Both the position numbers and the translations under genes were made by a program. The notes under the pieces are model-generated. The model worked only from the letters and a program-made list of their open reading frames with translations. It was not told where the DNA came from and searched no databases. Positions 48,735-58,723 of a stretch of 64,000 nucleotides of DNA are shown here, one piece after another. Numbering within the stretch: the stretch's first letter is position 1; each line of letters begins with the position of its first letter. Source of the stretch: Candidatus Bathyarchaeia archaeon (GTDB lineage: Archaea; Thermoproteota; Bathyarchaeia; Bathyarchaeales; Bathycorpusculaceae); assembly GCA_049516875.1 (NCBI GenBank), contig JBEKSS010000007.1, positions 32,001-96,000 of the forward strand, given 5' to 3'.

Positions 48735-50340
48735 TTACCTTAACCTCCTCCCCGGCTAGGACTTTTTCATAAATCTGCTTCGGTCTGGCGCAATACTCTG
48801 CAATAATTGCGGCCACATCTTTGTAACTTCTAATCTTGCGTTCTATCATCCAATGCAAAACGTTCTTGCGTCTCTCAATTTCATCGAGCAGCTCTTTCCT
48901 GCTTGAACCCATGCGTTCGGAGATGGCAGACAACAGAACGCTCTTGTCGAAACTCGATTTGTGCTCGTCCTCGTTCGGTTGCCATTTGAAGATGCCTCTG
49001 TAATCTTGATAATCCGCGATTTCACTAACGTTAAGCACTCGTCTGAAGGCCTTCCTTTCATTGTTTTTGACAAGGTGAACTCTCTGAATTGACAGTATGA
49101 TGTTCATCAACGGAAGATAGGCAGGCGAGATGTCCATGGGTTTCTGCGTCAGACGCTTGAGCGCCGAATCCAGGTTTTCAGCGTGCATCGTGCACATTCC
49201 ACCGTGGCCCGTTGCCAGCGCTTGGAAAAGCACGTAAGCTTCTTGGCCTCGGACCTCGCCCACGATCAGTATGTCTGGGCGATGTCTCATTGAGGTTTTT
49301 ACAAGGTCGAAAAGAGCAACTTCGCCGATGCTGTTTCCGCCCAAGCCATAGCTCTGTCTGGAAATCAGCGAAATCCAGTTTTCATGAGACAAGTTCAGTT
49401 CTGCCGTTTCTTCAATGGTGATTATTTTGCTTCCCGGCTTAATCAAACAGGCTAAGGCGTTTAGGGCTGTTGTTTTTCCAGCAGCCGTTCCCCCTAAAAC
49501 CATGATTGACGACCTGTTCTCAAGACACAGCCAGAAATAGGCAGCCATTTCCTCTGAGAAAGTGCCTATGTTAATCAAGTCTATTATTGAATAAGGGTCT
49601 TCTCTGAATTTTCTGATAGTGAAGGCGGTTCCGAAAGGCGTGACCTCACGTCTGTAACAGACTGCCAACCTGTGCTTTCCGGGCAACGAGGCATCCACTA
49701 TTGGAAAGGCTGAGCTCACGTGTTTTCCAGCCATGTGAACGAGCTTGACAACCATGTTGTCGAGTTCTTCGTCATTTTCGAACTGAATGTTTGTTTCGAT
49801 GCTTTCGTAGTTTCTGTGCCAAATGTAAACCGACCTCTGAACACCATCACATGAGATGTCTTCAATGTTTGGGTCTCGCATTAGCGGATCAATCGAACTA
49901 AAACCAACAAGATCCCTCTCAGCGTGGTAGAGAATCTTGTACCACGAAACATCCGGTAACCAACCCAAGCTTATTCGGTATTTATCGACAATCTTCTTGG
50001 CTTCATCTGCGAAAAACTTTCTCGGATCAGCGATCTCTTCTTTTGGCGACTCTATTTCGGCGAGCAATATCTCTAAAATTCGCTGGTAAACGCTTCTTTC
50101 AAGCGGATCAAGCTGCAGCTCGTCCAAAATATACTTGAATTCTCCAGTCTTGGGGTTCTGGGCAATGGCCACATGGGCAAAAGGTTCGTAAAGCGGATAC
50201 TTCTCGGCTATCCTGTACCCTCTGGGCACGGGCTTCGGAGGAGGCGATCCAGGTGCGGGCTGCTCACGTCTCTTGAGGTTCAGCCTGACCTGCACCTTTT
50301 TTAGCCTCGCTAATGTTCCCTTCAACCGCAACTGTGTCAT
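48712..50340 (-). CDS. Type II/IV secretion ATPase (VirB11/FlaI-like)
   Basis: IEDISCDG, FTIRKF, GGTAAGKTT, TIEETAEL, RHRPD, VGEVRG, TGHG, TMHA. Confidence 0.96.
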   Translation of the reverse strand: MTQLRLKGTLARLKKVQVRLNLKRREQPAPGSPPPKPVPRGYRIAEKYPLYEPFAHVAIAQNPKTGEFKYILDELQLDPLERSVYQRILEILLAEIESPKEEIADPRKFFADEAKKIVDKYRISLGWLPDVSWYKILYHAERDLVGFSSIDPLMRDPNIEDISCDGVQRSVYIWHRNYESIETNIQFENDEELDNMVVKLVHMAGKHVSSAFPIVDASLPGKHRLAVCYRREVTPFGTAFTIRKFREDPYSIIDLINIGTFSEEMAAYFWLCLENRSSIMVLGGTAAGKTTALNALACLIKPGSKIITIEETAELNLSHENWISLISRQSYGLGGNSIGEVALFDLVKTSMRHRPDILIVGEVRGQEAYVLFQALATGHGGMCTMHAENLDSALKRLTQKPMDISPAYLPLMNIILSIQRVHLVKNNERKAFRRVLNVSEIADYQDYRGIFKWQPNEDEHKSSFDKSVLLSAISERMGSSRKELLDEIERRKNVLHWMIERKIRSYKDVAAIIAEYCARPKQIYEKVLAGEEVKVIAASKNP

Positions 50341-50405
50341 TGTTGTTCTCCTATGCACTAATTAATGGGGGGCGGAGTCTATTAAATATTGCGTCTCAAG
50401 ATACA

Positions 50406-53372
50406 TTACTCCTCCGCGCTTTCTTCTCCAGTGGAGACGACGATCACTTTCAACTTGATCAAGACGACAACTATGACTGCGATGATGACAGGGATGATAA
50501 TCAAGAGCATGGTTACCAGAGGCCAACCTCCCTCGTTATGCGTGGCGGCTACTGGAATCACATTTATTGTGGTTTGGTTCCCATTTCCAATGTACCCGTT
50601 CTTAGTGACGTTGGCAATTATGACGACGGGCAACTGTACGGTTGTCGATGGGGCATTGAACGCGAATGTACAGGTTCCGTTCGAATCAGTGAATCCAGTC
50701 GTGACGGAAAAGTTTCCAGCGCTGGTCGAAATGGTGACCTGTGCCCCTACAACGGGTCTTGAGTTGGATGTAGCGCTTATAGTCAGGATAGCACTGTTGT
50801 CTGGCATGATTGCATACGAGCTGGCGGTGACTTGAACACTCATGTTTCCAGCGTTATCTGTTAGCGTCAGGGAGTCCTGTCCGTCAGCGTATCCTGTTTT
50901 TGAGCATTGAGCCCTGATGACGATGTCCGTGGGCGCATTGGCTTGAGGTGTCGTGAAAACGAAGTAGGCAAATCCATAGTCATCCGTTGTTCCGTTGGGC
51001 TGCGAGAAGTTTCCTCCGTTTTCAGAGGTCACCGTGACGTTGACGTTTTGAACTGGAGCGAGGTTGTAGGTTACGTGTACGGTTACAGATACGTTGGATT
51101 CTGAAATCGCAGCGTAGTTGCCGGCTGTCAGGTACACGATGAGCACTTTTGGCACTATGGTTATGACGGTTTGGATTGCTCCGTCTATGTAGTGGCTCTT
51201 TGTTGCCGTTGCCGTTACCGTAGCGTTGACCGTGGATGTTGTTAGGGGTGCTGTGAAAGGAAATGTGGCCATGCCGTTTGAATTTGTGATTCCTGTGGTT
51301 GAACTGAAGTTTCCTGTGCTGCCTGATGATACGGTGACGTTTGCGTTCGGTACAGGATTTGCGTCGCACGTTACGAGGGCAGTTACAGTTGTGTTTCCTT
51401 CAGAAGTGATTGTGGCAAGGTTAGGAGTCAGTTCTACGGCTAGCACGTTCTGAAGCACGGTTATTGTTTCTTGATCGTGTCCGTCTGTGTATCCTACACA
51501 TTGGGCTGTCACGGTGATTGTGACGTTCACTGGGCTAAGCGTGTAAGGAGCAGTGAAATTTAATGTCAAGCTGCCGTCTGTGCCCGTGACCCCCGTGCCT
51601 GCCGAGAGTGTTCCGTTATCTACGGCTGTCGTCAGTGAAGCATTGATGACGGGTTGGGCGAGGCCGTTTGTGACGTGGAAGATTGCGGTCACGGTCGCTT
51701 CAGACTTGACTGTTGCTGGGTCCGTGCTTAACTGAGTGTGCAGCATTGGAAGAACCTTCAGATACTCGTGGCAAGAACCGTCCGCGTATCCGGCTTCGGT
51801 GGCTGTGGCAATCAACCTGACGTACGATATGTCTGTAACGTTCGGCGCAGTGAAGGTTGTGGAAAAGTGGCCGGTTTGATCTGTCACACCTGATGCTGGT
51901 GAGAAACTTCCACCCTTCAACGCGAGCAGCGTAACAGCTGCATTCGCCATCCCGCCGGATGCGCTTGACACGTAGACTGTGACTGTGACGTTGCCGTTGT
52001 AATCGGCGACTTCGTTGCCAAGAGTCATCGAAACGCTTAGAGGAGTAAGATCTTGGACAGTTATTGTTGTTGCCACGTCTTGGCTTGTCGTGTTGAAATC
52101 GTCTATGACCTTTAGACTTGCGATGTAGGTTCCGACTGTGGAATATGTGTGGTTGAAGAGCGATAGGGTTGTCCATCCGCTGTTGTTTCCGTCTCCGAAG
52201 TCGAAGAAGTATTGGTCGACACGCCGATCGTCGTATGAGTTGGTACCGATGAACGTTACGTTCTGGTTTGGTGCAACCAGGCTCTTGTCGTTTTGAAGGA
52301 CTGCTGTTGGCGGTGCGTTGTTATAGCCGATAGGCGCTGACAAAAAGAATATGAAGTCAAGATTCACCCCGTTGCCGCCAACGCTGTTTCCTCTTCCGCT
52401 TGGGTTCAGCGAGCTGTGAAACGGGCCGCTCTCGTCGCCCCAATAATTGTACGTTGCATTTACACTAGCTGTGGGTGAAACATCCACGCCTACAGTATTG
52501 TTGTAAATATCGTTGAAGTGGGCTTCGTGGCCAATTCCGTTTTCGTAGAAGATTCCTTTGGTGTTGTTCGAAATGTAGTTGCGGGTAATGTATGTGCTCG
52601 CGTTTGTTGTCACGCTGAATCCATTGTTGTTTAATGAAACGTTGTTTTGAAGGATAGCCATATCGGAAAAGGCGTCGGCGCCAAGAACTATCCCGCTTTG
52701 GCCGTTGAGCAAGATATTGTTTTGCGTTATGTTTATTGTTCCCGTCAAGTTTCCTGCCAAGACGATGCCATCGCCGTTTGAGCTTATGAGGTTGTTTTCT
52801 ATTGTGACTTGGCTGTCTCCGGCTAAGTTGATGCCGTCCATGGTGTTGTTGGCTATCTCGTTGTTTTCAATGATTATGCTGCCGCCAGTTACAACCACCC
52901 CGTTCGAATTAAACCTCAAAAAGTTGTTTTCCAGGTTCAGAGAGCCGCTTTCTAATGTTACGCCGTCTGTTCCGTATTCGATCACGCAGTGCGTTATCGA
53001 GGACTGCTGCGTTCCGTTGATCAAGATTGTTCCCCAGTCTGCCGTGCTAGCATTCAGACTGTCGGATGTGAACAGTATCATTCTGTCATCCGTGCCGTCT
53101 GCAACAATTCTTCCATTCACCGTTATCGAGAAGTTTTCTCCAAATCTTACTTGAACGCTAGGCTCTATCGTTAGCGTTACGCCTGGGTTGACGATGACGT
53201 TATTTGAAACTATAAACGGACTGTCAACCAAAGTCCAATCTGTGTCCTGCGTTATGGTTCCTTCAACGTATGTTGCCCTGGCCGTGGGCAGAATCCTGTA
53301 TACACTGGCGAAGGAACTGAAAACAAAGACTATGGTAAATAAGATAAGTAATAGCTTGTATCGTTTATTCAT
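50406..53372 (-). CDS. Cell-surface protein: beta-helix + PKD + tandem Ig-like domains, C-terminal TM
   Basis: WTLVDSPF and Asn-ladder repeats, NYWG, FDFGDG, about five ~100-aa Thr-rich repeats (G.TD..G...F.AP), TM anchor. Confidence 0.88.
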   Translation of the reverse strand: MNKRYKLLLILFTIVFVFSSFASVYRILPTARATYVEGTITQDTDWTLVDSPFIVSNNVIVNPGVTLTIEPSVQVRFGENFSITVNGRIVADGTDDRMILFTSDSLNASTADWGTILINGTQQSSITHCVIEYGTDGVTLESGSLNLENNFLRFNSNGVVVTGGSIIIENNEIANNTMDGINLAGDSQVTIENNLISSNGDGIVLAGNLTGTINITQNNILLNGQSGIVLGADAFSDMAILQNNVSLNNNGFSVTTNASTYITRNYISNNTKGIFYENGIGHEAHFNDIYNNTVGVDVSPTASVNATYNYWGDESGPFHSSLNPSGRGNSVGGNGVNLDFIFFLSAPIGYNNAPPTAVLQNDKSLVAPNQNVTFIGTNSYDDRRVDQYFFDFGDGNNSGWTTLSLFNHTYSTVGTYIASLKVIDDFNTTSQDVATTITVQDLTPLSVSMTLGNEVADYNGNVTVTVYVSSASGGMANAAVTLLALKGGSFSPASGVTDQTGHFSTTFTAPNVTDISYVRLIATATEAGYADGSCHEYLKVLPMLHTQLSTDPATVKSEATVTAIFHVTNGLAQPVINASLTTAVDNGTLSAGTGVTGTDGSLTLNFTAPYTLSPVNVTITVTAQCVGYTDGHDQETITVLQNVLAVELTPNLATITSEGNTTVTALVTCDANPVPNANVTVSSGSTGNFSSTTGITNSNGMATFPFTAPLTTSTVNATVTATATKSHYIDGAIQTVITIVPKVLIVYLTAGNYAAISESNVSVTVHVTYNLAPVQNVNVTVTSENGGNFSQPNGTTDDYGFAYFVFTTPQANAPTDIVIRAQCSKTGYADGQDSLTLTDNAGNMSVQVTASSYAIMPDNSAILTISATSNSRPVVGAQVTISTSAGNFSVTTGFTDSNGTCTFAFNAPSTTVQLPVVIIANVTKNGYIGNGNQTTINVIPVAATHNEGGWPLVTMLLIIIPVIIAVIVVVLIKLKVIVVSTGEESAEE

Positions 53373-53549
53373 GAGTATTCATCCGTTTTGCTGTTCAGGG
53401 TTATAGTATCCCTCTGGCAGGTGCTAGCTTAAGCGTTATGAATTGAGAATCATGCTTCGAAATCCGAACCGATTCTTCTTCCTGAGACTTCGGAATCGGC
53501 AATAGGTTTAACACTGTGAAGGGCATGTAGGACTCGACATGGAGGAGAT

Positions 53550-54326
53550 TTGGTGAGGAGTTTCACGGTGTTTGCTCTTGAAGGCTTCCCGTTGATAGGT
53601 TTTGGTGATGATTTGGCCAAGATCATCGTTGAAACTGCGCGGAAGGACGGGTTGGAGCTTGAAGATGGAGATGTGATTGTTGCTGCACAGAAGATTTTTT
53701 CCAAGGCTGAAGGGAGAGTGGTAAGACTGAGAGATGTCGTCGCTTCGAGAAAGGCTCAAAGGATGGCGAAGATTGTTGGGAAAGATCCGAGGTTCGTGGA
53801 GCTGGTATTGAGAGAGACTAAGAGGGTGCTGAAGGCTTCTCGTGACATATTGCTCGTCGAAGACGTTCGCGGCTTGGTGTGCATAAACGCCGGAATTGAC
53901 AAGTCAAACGTTCATGGAAGAGGCGAATTCGCACTCTTGCCCGAGAATCCTGACAGGTCGGCAGAGGAGTGCCGCAAGAGAATCCACCAGCTAACTGGAA
54001 GAGATGTTTCTGTGGTGATTTGTGACACTTACAGTCGCCCTTTCAGGCGGGGACAAGTAAATTTCGCGATAGGCATCGCAGGTATCAACCTGTTCAGAGA
54101 CTACAGGGGGACAAAAGATCTTTTTGGACGGATTCTCACGGTTAAAAACGTTGCCGTGGTTGATGAGATTGCGGCAGCGGCCGAACTGGTCATGGGCCAG
54201 GCGAAAGAGGGAAGGCCGGTTGTCATTTTCAAGGGACTAGACAGGTCTGTAGTCTTGCGTGAAAAATGCGACATTGAAGAAGTGTTTATTTCGAGAAAGG
54301 AGGATCTTTTCCGAAACGTACTGTGA
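53550..54326 (+). CDS. cofE: Coenzyme F420-0:L-glutamate ligase
   Basis: GDDLA, QKIFSKAEGR, NAGIDKSN, DTYSRPFRRG, DEIAAAAELVMG. Confidence 0.95.
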   Translation: MVRSFTVFALEGFPLIGFGDDLAKIIVETARKDGLELEDGDVIVAAQKIFSKAEGRVVRLRDVVASRKAQRMAKIVGKDPRFVELVLRETKRVLKASRDILLVEDVRGLVCINAGIDKSNVHGRGEFALLPENPDRSAEECRKRIHQLTGRDVSVVICDTYSRPFRRGQVNFAIGIAGINLFRDYRGTKDLFGRILTVKNVAVVDEIAAAAELVMGQAKEGRPVVIFKGLDRSVVLREKCDIEEVFISRKEDLFRNVL

Positions 54327-54526
54327 CCGCGACGGTGGGAAGCTTGCGTTCACAACACTGTCCCGGTGGCGTTTCGATTTTTTGTTTTTTCTCCAGACTT
54401 CTAAACAAGCAAGGTCAGAGCCGTGCAAGCGCATGCGGCGTATTCTCTTTTTTTCGAATGGAAAGACTTTTAAACGGACTAGCTAAGACTATAGAAGGAC
54501 GAAATTAAATATGAGAGGAATGAAAA

Positions 54527-57004
54527 TTGAACTTGAAGAAATACACTAGGAATACATCGATGTTGATTTTGGCATTACTACTGATATGCTCAGCTTTTTT
54601 GGTACCTTCACTAGGTTTCATCTCTAACAAAACAAGCGCAGGAGCGGACTATGTTGTACTTGAAGGCGTTGCGGGTAGCGACTACTACGACAGTATGCAG
54701 TATTCTTACAAAATAAACCAATGGGCCTACGATCAACAAATCAGCGGCTACAGCGCGGCCCCTAACCCAAGCCAAGATTATTTTGATGCAGGCAAGAGTC
54801 TGAGGGTAGGTCTGACAGAGTACGGTGAAATTTGCACTCCACAAGGAGGAATTGCCTATGGGGCAAATAGCACTGAATGGGCAAACACCGAGTCTTGGTC
54901 TTCTACAGACATCAATCCGAAATACTACATTCAAGGTTGGGTATTCTACATGAACTACACGAGGCAAGGCATAACGCGAGTAGTGGAAGCCTACGCATTA
55001 TACAGTGACCTAACAACCACTGAGGGTGCACGAAAGGTGTACAGCTGGTATGGCCAATACCTGCCAAATGACCCTCTCGCAGTCCTCACAGGAAATGGTA
55101 CATTGATTCCAAGCGGTGTTACAATACTGTATGACAGTGCAAGACTTGCCATCGCTAGAGCTTCTGTCACCATTCACGATGGATTCAACGACGAAGACGT
55201 TGCACAAGTTATCTTGACGGCGGTCTTCGAAAAAGACACGAAGTACGTTATACTCTACAAGGATGTCAAGATTCTGCTTGACGCCAAGGTCTTAGACTTC
55301 ATAAGTGACTTCAGCTTCGGCGAGAGATACGAAATAGACGTTGCAAGGGGAGTAAACCCCTCGAACGGGGCCTTCACAGCGTGGTTCCCCAACAACATCA
55401 CAAGCGTCTACCAGCACCCATTGACCGGAACAAACACCGTTGACATTTCACAGGCCTATGATCCAGCAAGACAATACCAGTTCTTTAGTGCTTATTGGCC
55501 AAATACGACCGAACACACAAACTACTCCCCGCTGATCCCAGATCTGCCTGATGGCTATACAAGAGTGCTTCCTGTTGGATGGCTCCAAAACGACATACTT
55601 CATCCACCAAATGGTCCAGGTGAACCAAGTACACCGTGGAATATTGCGCAATGGCGGTACAACAGCACAGCTTATCCAAAACTTTTGACGTGGCTTGCCA
55701 AGGCACCCAACCGACAGATTAGATTTGTCGAAGTGGTTGGCATGAGCGACGTCAACGTTGATCCGCATCCCATAATGGATACAGACGCTGCTACGTTCAA
55801 CACTACTGACCAAGTCGACGTAGAAGCCCTATACTTGCTGAACCAGGTGTTCAACCCAGAAGATTTGAACAGTCTAGCCGGAACAGCAACCACGGGCCTG
55901 AATCCATTCATGTGGACTGGATTGGGACAAAGTGCTGCTACGACAGACAGTGGAGGCGCCGGGCTAGTTGGAAGCAACGGTTACGGTTACTATGCAAACG
56001 CATTCACACTGTTCGACAGGAACGACACAATGTTCCCATACATCGCCCCAGTAGTAGGAATGAAGGGAAGTATACCCTACGGCCTGTATGACTTCGGAGG
56101 AAACTACTTTGAACAATTCAGCAACAGCGGCAAAGGAACCGGTAATGATGCAACAACCTACAAACGAACAGCCCTCAAGGGCTTCGCGTTCGGAGTCTAC
56201 GACGACGTCACCAGCAGTCCACCTCAACCAATAGCAGGCGGCTTGTCAAGCCTGACAGCCGAGGACTTATACTACTGGTATCCGTCCAAAGATCCATTGA
56301 CTGAAAGATGGCTAGGCGAGGGTACCTCATGGTCCATGGTAGGCTACGCAGGTGTAGACTACCATCCGAACGGAATACTCAGCTTAGGCGGTATGAAAGC
56401 TAACGGTCTGACGAGGTACTTCAACGACTTCAACTTCGCCATAAGCAGAGAGGGAACATCAGCATATGCACTTGTCAACGGCGGTTCGGTCACTGGATCG
56501 GCCCCGACGAGTGACAGCGCACTTGCGACATACGACTACTATCCAGTATCATCGTGGGCAGTGAATAAGACAGCGTTTGGCTTCAAAGAAGGTTATGCAG
56601 TGATAGCTTTAGCAAGAGACATCAACGGAACAAGAGGTCTTTCAGTGTACGGTTGGGACGGAAGAGACACCTTCTGGGCGACTGCATGGGCTTCACAGTA
56701 CATCACAGGCACTACGACAGGCTGGCTACCCACAGGGACAGTTGCCCTGATACTGAACATGACATATCCTGGCGGAAGCAGCGAACCAACAGCATTCACT
56801 GTCGTAAAAGCCTTAGGCACCATCACGGAATTCGGAAGCAATAACTTCCTCGTGAGGCAGGGCTCGTTTGACAGAGGCGTAGCATGGACCGGCGGAGTAG
56901 CCGTACCATCAACACCAGCGAGTTGGGGCACGGAATCCCAATATGTCTGGTGGTATCAAAAACTTAGCGCAACATCAACAGCGGCAATAGAGTTCGACCC
57001 ATAA
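54527..57004 (+). CDS. Large secreted protein, candidate S-layer/major envelope protein
   Basis: Signal peptide; Y/T/G/N-rich with N-x-S/T sequons; own TATA (TTTTAAA ~54468) and T-rich 3' tract; lies between pilus and glycan genes. Confidence 0.55.
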   Translation: MNLKKYTRNTSMLILALLLICSAFLVPSLGFISNKTSAGADYVVLEGVAGSDYYDSMQYSYKINQWAYDQQISGYSAAPNPSQDYFDAGKSLRVGLTEYGEICTPQGGIAYGANSTEWANTESWSSTDINPKYYIQGWVFYMNYTRQGITRVVEAYALYSDLTTTEGARKVYSWYGQYLPNDPLAVLTGNGTLIPSGVTILYDSARLAIARASVTIHDGFNDEDVAQVILTAVFEKDTKYVILYKDVKILLDAKVLDFISDFSFGERYEIDVARGVNPSNGAFTAWFPNNITSVYQHPLTGTNTVDISQAYDPARQYQFFSAYWPNTTEHTNYSPLIPDLPDGYTRVLPVGWLQNDILHPPNGPGEPSTPWNIAQWRYNSTAYPKLLTWLAKAPNRQIRFVEVVGMSDVNVDPHPIMDTDAATFNTTDQVDVEALYLLNQVFNPEDLNSLAGTATTGLNPFMWTGLGQSAATTDSGGAGLVGSNGYGYYANAFTLFDRNDTMFPYIAPVVGMKGSIPYGLYDFGGNYFEQFSNSGKGTGNDATTYKRTALKGFAFGVYDDVTSSPPQPIAGGLSSLTAEDLYYWYPSKDPLTERWLGEGTSWSMVGYAGVDYHPNGILSLGGMKANGLTRYFNDFNFAISREGTSAYALVNGGSVTGSAPTSDSALATYDYYPVSSWAVNKTAFGFKEGYAVIALARDINGTRGLSVYGWDGRDTFWATAWASQYITGTTTGWLPTGTVALILNMTYPGGSSEPTAFTVVKALGTITEFGSNNFLVRQGSFDRGVAWTGGVAVPSTPASWGTESQYVWWYQKLSATSTAAIEFDP

Positions 57005-57013
57005 AAACAAGAA

Positions 57014-57040
57014 TCCTCTTCTTTTTCTTTCCATATTTTT
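57014..57040 (+). terminator. Pyrimidine-rich archaeal terminator
   Basis: TCCTCTTCTTTTTCTTTCCATATTTTT just after the stop codon. Confidence 0.55.
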
Positions 57041-57050
57041 ATATCGACGA

Positions 57051-58286
57051 TTGCTTTCTGAAGTGAGTACGCGGCGCAGGCGATTCATTACGTTGAAGCA
57101 GTGGCTGACTATTTTACTGTTCGTTCTTCTCTTCGTTAGTCAAGCATATGCAAGCCATATCAGCTTGGGAGAGGGGACAACACTTTCATATCAATACGCG
57201 AGAATAGGTACATCTTACCCATATTCCTCTACAAGAGGAAATGCCACGGTGAAAATGTTGGTGTCAAACCAGACAACTCTACTTATGCAAACAAGCACGA
57301 CCGAATCAAACACGCCTGTGGATATGCGTATAGAATATTCCAATGGGATTCCCGTGTACACTGATTATATTGAAGCCTTGTACTATCTTCCTCCTGAATG
57401 TATGAGTCAAAGCTTGCATGGGAATCTTAACTGGACAACGCGAATGGCAACCAGTAAGGCTGAAGTCGTCACTGGATGGGCTTCTCAGAACCTGAACTTG
57501 ACGGTGGAGGCAGGCAGCTTTGAAAGTCTCAACATCACTCTTTCCGTTCTTGCAGGATTAGACTCTGGAGCGCTGACGCTTGTCTATGATGTAAACTCGG
57601 GAATAATGATATATGAACAGTGGATTCCAGTTTCGGGAAGCCAAATCTCTGGGGATATCATCGTATTCTCGCTGAATGCGGTTATCTCTCCACCTGAAAC
57701 ACGGCAGACAATTGTCAATTCTCTCTTAGCAGCAACGGTTTTTGCCACTCCGACGGCAATGCTTCTCCATCTGATTGCCAAAGCTCTCAGGAGAAAACAC
57801 GGCAGCGGAGCGTTAGAACACATTGGCCTCAGACCTAGGGACGGGTTTCCAGCGAGACCAATGTATTTACTCGTCTTGGGCGGCTTACTAACCATGGCTT
57901 CGACGATGCTTCCGTGGGGAAAGTCGGCTGGATTGCAAGCGTACTTGCCCCTAAGCCTCTCTTCAGCCTTAGCTGGATCAGATACAATCTCCATATCCAG
58001 TCCCGCCTTTCTGACGACAAGTTTATTGGTTCACACGAGCGCTATATTGGCTTGGCTAAGCATCGCCATACACATCTATACTCACAAAACAATCGATGCA
58101 CAGGCCGTTACAATTGCTGCAAGCGCTGTGTCCTTCATGTCCGCAATTGTCTTCTTGCAAACCAGTTTGACAGTCTCATTTGGCCTGCCAGTCACCTTAC
58201 TCGCTGGTGCCCTCTTGCTAGGAGGCACAAGAATTACTAAATTCACCACAAGAAAGAGCAACATAAGCAACATCAAAGAGTCGTAG
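57051..58286 (+). CDS. Hypothetical membrane protein (exported N-domain, multi-TM C-domain)
   Basis: 411-aa ORF, signal-like helix, about five C-terminal TMs. Confidence 0.7.
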   Translation: MLSEVSTRRRRFITLKQWLTILLFVLLFVSQAYASHISLGEGTTLSYQYARIGTSYPYSSTRGNATVKMLVSNQTTLLMQTSTTESNTPVDMRIEYSNGIPVYTDYIEALYYLPPECMSQSLHGNLNWTTRMATSKAEVVTGWASQNLNLTVEAGSFESLNITLSVLAGLDSGALTLVYDVNSGIMIYEQWIPVSGSQISGDIIVFSLNAVISPPETRQTIVNSLLAATVFATPTAMLLHLIAKALRRKHGSGALEHIGLRPRDGFPARPMYLLVLGGLLTMASTMLPWGKSAGLQAYLPLSLSSALAGSDTISISSPAFLTTSLLVHTSAILAWLSIAIHIYTHKTIDAQAVTIAASAVSFMSAIVFLQTSLTVSFGLPVTLLAGALLLGGTRITKFTTRKSNISNIKES

Positions 58287-58335
58287 ATCATAGGCAAAGT
58301 TTGTCTTCAGACTTTCTCGAATGTGTATGGACAAA

Positions 58336-58343
58336 GCGCGCGC
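58336..58343. repeat. Intergenic GCGCGCGC octamer
   Basis: 50 nt after the stop at 58286. Confidence 0.7.
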
Positions 58344-58681
58344 ACTAAGAAGGGAATTGCAGTCGATGGGTTTCACCGTGCGGCATCATTAATCGTCAGA
58401 GCTGATGTACCTTGATCGTCGTCACGGAAATATCTGTCGTGGAACAAAAGACCACGGAAGAATCTGCCTAATTCGTGCTTTTTTCACTCCAATCACGCGG
58501 GATTTTCCCTTAAGTTTTCGATTGTTCTGTTCAAATTCGGCAATGGCGTACGCCCAGAAACTGTTACTAATTCTTCGTGCGGTGTAAGGTCCTTTGTGAC
58601 TGCGCGAAGTAGATTATATAAAGTTGAAAGATACTCTAGGAAACACCGACGAAGTGAAGTCAGCTGATGGATGATTCTTGA

Positions 58682-58723
58682 GCGCGCGCTAATGAAAGCC
58701 GTAGTTTCATCCGTTTAGCGCGC
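58682..58723. repeat. GCGCGCGC octamer with hairpin
   Basis: GCGCGCTAA...TTAGCGCGC arms with inner ATGAAA/TTTCAT; overlaps the stop of 58715..60085. Confidence 0.7.

Noticed and set aside
39698-50340. Archaellum operon
   Set aside because: No flaH/flaF/flaG-like or chemotaxis genes; the pilins lack archaellin features.
54424-54434. TGCAAGCGCAT shared with 60364-60374
   Set aside because: A single 11-bp match is within chance expectation for a window this size.
58606-58630. Second CRISPR-like repeat ending TTGAAAG
   Set aside because: Better explained as a TATA box (TTATATAAA); no stem and little similarity to 39453-39481.
58682-58723. Integron attC site
   Set aside because: Hairpin at a gene end, but it lacks proper RYYYAAC/GTTRRRY boxes, is shorter than typical attC, and no integrase is in the window.
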